From an uncultured delta proteobacterium (GTDB taxonomy: Bacteria; Myxococcota_A; UBA9160; UBA4427), in contig CAWGJT010000005.1 in the NCBI GenBank assembly GCA_963822965.1, positions 256,001-320,000 of the forward strand: a DNA stretch of 64,000 nt, given 5' to 3'. The position numbers and the translations under genes are program-made. The stretch's first letter is position 1; each line of letters opens with the position of its first letter. Below the pieces are notes generated by a model. That model had not been told where the DNA came from. It did no database searches and saw only the letters and a program-made list of their open reading frames with translations. Of this stretch, positions 62,064 to 64,000 are shown in pieces.

Positions 62064-62182
62064 GACGGCCGAGAGTGCCGCAGACTCGCGGACCTCGCAG
62101 CGAAGGCCCCCGCAGACGTACTCCCGTACGTCGAGGACGGCCGCAGCGAGAAGGCCGCGAAGATGCGGTGCTATCGGCCGTC
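62064..62182 (+). repeat. structured dispersed element, copy D
   Basis: GACGGCCGAGAG...GACGTAC-TCCC-GTACGTCGAG...GAGAAGGCCGCGAAGATGC...TCGGCCGTC. Confidence 0.8.
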
Positions 62183-62776
62183 GCAGCGAGTGAGCATGAA
62201 CCAGCTGCCGATGTCTTTGCCCTTGCGCGCCGCCGATCCGATGGTCACGTGCTCGGACACGCGCCGCAGGGTGTCCACCATGAAGCCGTAGACGAAGCGC
62301 GAGAGCCCCCGCTCGTTCGAACGGATCTCGGGCCAGCCGTCGGGATGCAGGGGCGGCACGCGGCGATAGTCGACGAGCACCTCGTCGCGATCCGGGTCCT
62401 CCACCGCCACGAAGTACCCGGGACCCGTGAGCGGCGCCAGGCTCTGGAAGTTGAAGCCGTAGAGCTCGCCCGGGTGCTGGGGGTCCGCCTCCTGCGGTCG
62501 GCAGAAGCGCTTCTCGAAGTGGGTGAAGACGCCCAGCGTGTTCTTCCCGAAGTGCCGCACCGTCTCCAGGGCGGGGACCGAAGGTGCCACGAGATCGACG
62601 AGCTTCACCGGGGCGAAGCCCCGCACCGCGTCGTAGAGCCGTCGCTGCTCGTCCCGGGACGTGCTGCGGATCGCCACCACGCGCTCCGCGTGGGAGACGC
62701 CGTCGAGGAAGCGGGCTACCTCGTCGGGCTTGATGTCGTCCTTCAGCAGTGCATGGAAGGCCTGGTCTGCGGTCAT
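62171..62776 (-). CDS. hypothetical protein
   Basis: RBS GAGGAGG; globular sequence with FGKNTL, FEKRF, TGPGYF, FVYGFMVDTLRRVS. Confidence 0.75.
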   Translation of the reverse strand: MTADQAFHALLKDDIKPDEVARFLDGVSHAERVVAIRSTSRDEQRRLYDAVRGFAPVKLVDLVAPSVPALETVRHFGKNTLGVFTHFEKRFCRPQEADPQHPGELYGFNFQSLAPLTGPGYFVAVEDPDRDEVLVDYRRVPPLHPDGWPEIRSNERGLSRFVYGFMVDTLRRVSEHVTIGSAARKGKDIGSWFMLTRCDGR

Positions 62777-62891
62777 GCGGGATCCTCCTCGGGTGGCGGT
62801 GGGGACAGGTGGCGGTGGCGACGGCGCGACGGCCGGCGGTCCGGACGACGCGCGACCCCCGCCCCGATGCACGACAGGGTACCGTCGATGC

Positions 62892-64000
62892 GTGCCCGAC
62901 TTCCATCGGACCCGGGGATTCGTCCTGGCCGCCGCGGCGGCGCTGCTGCTCCTCGCCGGACTCGGCGCCACCGACCTCTGGGCGCCGGACGAGCCGCGCT
63001 ACGGACAGATCGCCCAGGAGATCCGCTCCTTCGAGCACGGCCCGTCCGGCCTCGTGCTGCTGCATCTCGCCGGCGAGCCGTACACCCAGAAGCCACCGCT
63101 CTACTACTGGCTGGCGGCGCTGGCCGGCGCGGCCAGCGGAGACGGGGTGTCCGAGGTGGCGGCACGCCTCCCCTCGGCGCTCGCGGGGATCGCCACGGTG
63201 ATGCTGACCGCGGCCCTCGCCGGCCGGCTCGTCCCCGGGCGCCTGTCGCCGTTCTGCGCGGGCGTCGTCCTGCTCACGACCTTCCGCTTCGCGCATCTCG
63301 CGCGCCGGGCCCAGCTGGACGTGCTGCTGACCGGGTGCGAGACGGCGGCGATGCTGGCCTTCTGGCAGATCGACGCGCGGCTGCGGGCCGGCGCGCCTCG
63401 CCCCACCGGCGGGGTCGTCGCCTTCCATCTGGCGTTGGGCGCCGCGGCCCTCACCAAGGGACCCGTGGGCTGGCTGCCCGTGCTGGCAATCGGGGTCTAC
63501 CTGGCCTGGGAGGGACGAGCACGCGACCTGCCGCGACTGCTCCCGGTCTGGGGGCTGCTGCTGTCCGTTGGCCCGGTCTGCGCGTGGATCGGCGCGGCCA
63601 CCGCGCTGGCACCGGACGGGTTCTTCCGCGAAGCCGTGGTCGACAATCTCGCCGGCCGCTTCCTCGCCGCCGCCTCCCACGTGCGTCCGCTGTACTACTA
63701 CCTCTACCAGCTGCCCGCCGACGCCCTGCCCTGGACCCTGTTGTGGCCGGTCGTGGCCTGGCACGGCGTGCGCGCCCTGCGCGGTGGGGCCGAGGAGCGG
63801 CGCCCGTGGCGCCTGCTCTTCGCCTGGGTGGGGGTGCCCCTGATCGTCCTGTCCCTGTCGTCCGGCAAGCGCGGCCTCTACCTGCTTCCCGTCTTCCCCG
63901 CGCTGTCGCTGATGACCGGCGCGACCCTGGCCCGCCTGCTCGATCGACCGGCGGGCGCGCCGGCCTGGATGAGCCGGGGGGCGCTCACGCTCGGGGCCGG
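62892..64000 (+). CDS. ArnT/PMT-family (GT39/83) glycosyltransferase, runs off the window
   Basis: DLWAPDEPRY, YTQKPPLYYW, ARLPS, LTKGPVG, SGKRGLYLLP. Confidence 0.9.
   Translation, partial: MPDFHRTRGFVLAAAAALLLLAGLGATDLWAPDEPRYGQIAQEIRSFEHGPSGLVLLHLAGEPYTQKPPLYYWLAALAGAASGDGVSEVAARLPSALAGIATVMLTAALAGRLVPGRLSPFCAGVVLLTTFRFAHLARRAQLDVLLTGCETAAMLAFWQIDARLRAGAPRPTGGVVAFHLALGAAALTKGPVGWLPVLAIGVYLAWEGRARDLPRLLPVWGLLLSVGPVCAWIGAATALAPDGFFREAVVDNLAGRFLAAASHVRPLYYYLYQLPADALPWTLLWPVVAWHGVRALRGGAEERRPWRLLFAWVGVPLIVLSLSSGKRGLYLLPVFPALSLMTGATLARLLDRPAGAPAWMSRGALTLGA

Overview
Very GC-rich bacterial chromosomal window. The gene content suggests Myxococcota or related deltaproteobacteria (inference only). 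About 55 CDS; no rRNA, tRNA, CRISPR array or transposase was seen. Around 20 genes, including housekeeping ones (nadA, etfAB, meaB), are broken by small indels, most likely long-read assembly errors, so their coordinates are approximate. 0.1-8.7 kb: a histidine kinase and sigma-54 activator next to envelope/stress genes (6xBON protein, HdeA-like, DUF1269-like, lipoprotein), with five near-consensus sigma-54 -24/-12 promoters. 8.9-15.6 kb: an operon of one BamE-like and three paralogous lipoproteins, DUF3999/DUF2339, and a PEP-CTERM gene. 15.6-51 kb: mostly metabolic genes, including an ecm-meaB-pduO B12 cluster, a solo Cas4/RecB-like nuclease with a hidden beta-clamp motif, an apparently dead phosphodiesterase, two epimerase-like/acyltransferase modules (one with ParA), etfBA, efp, patatin, WYL and TetR/diiron. 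51-60 kb: a two-partner secretion pair with a 2324-aa acidic TpsA. Two dispersed non-coding repeat families are present: a covarying structured 120-165 nt element (4 copies) and a CTAG-flanked MITE-like element sitting on stop codons (3 copies).
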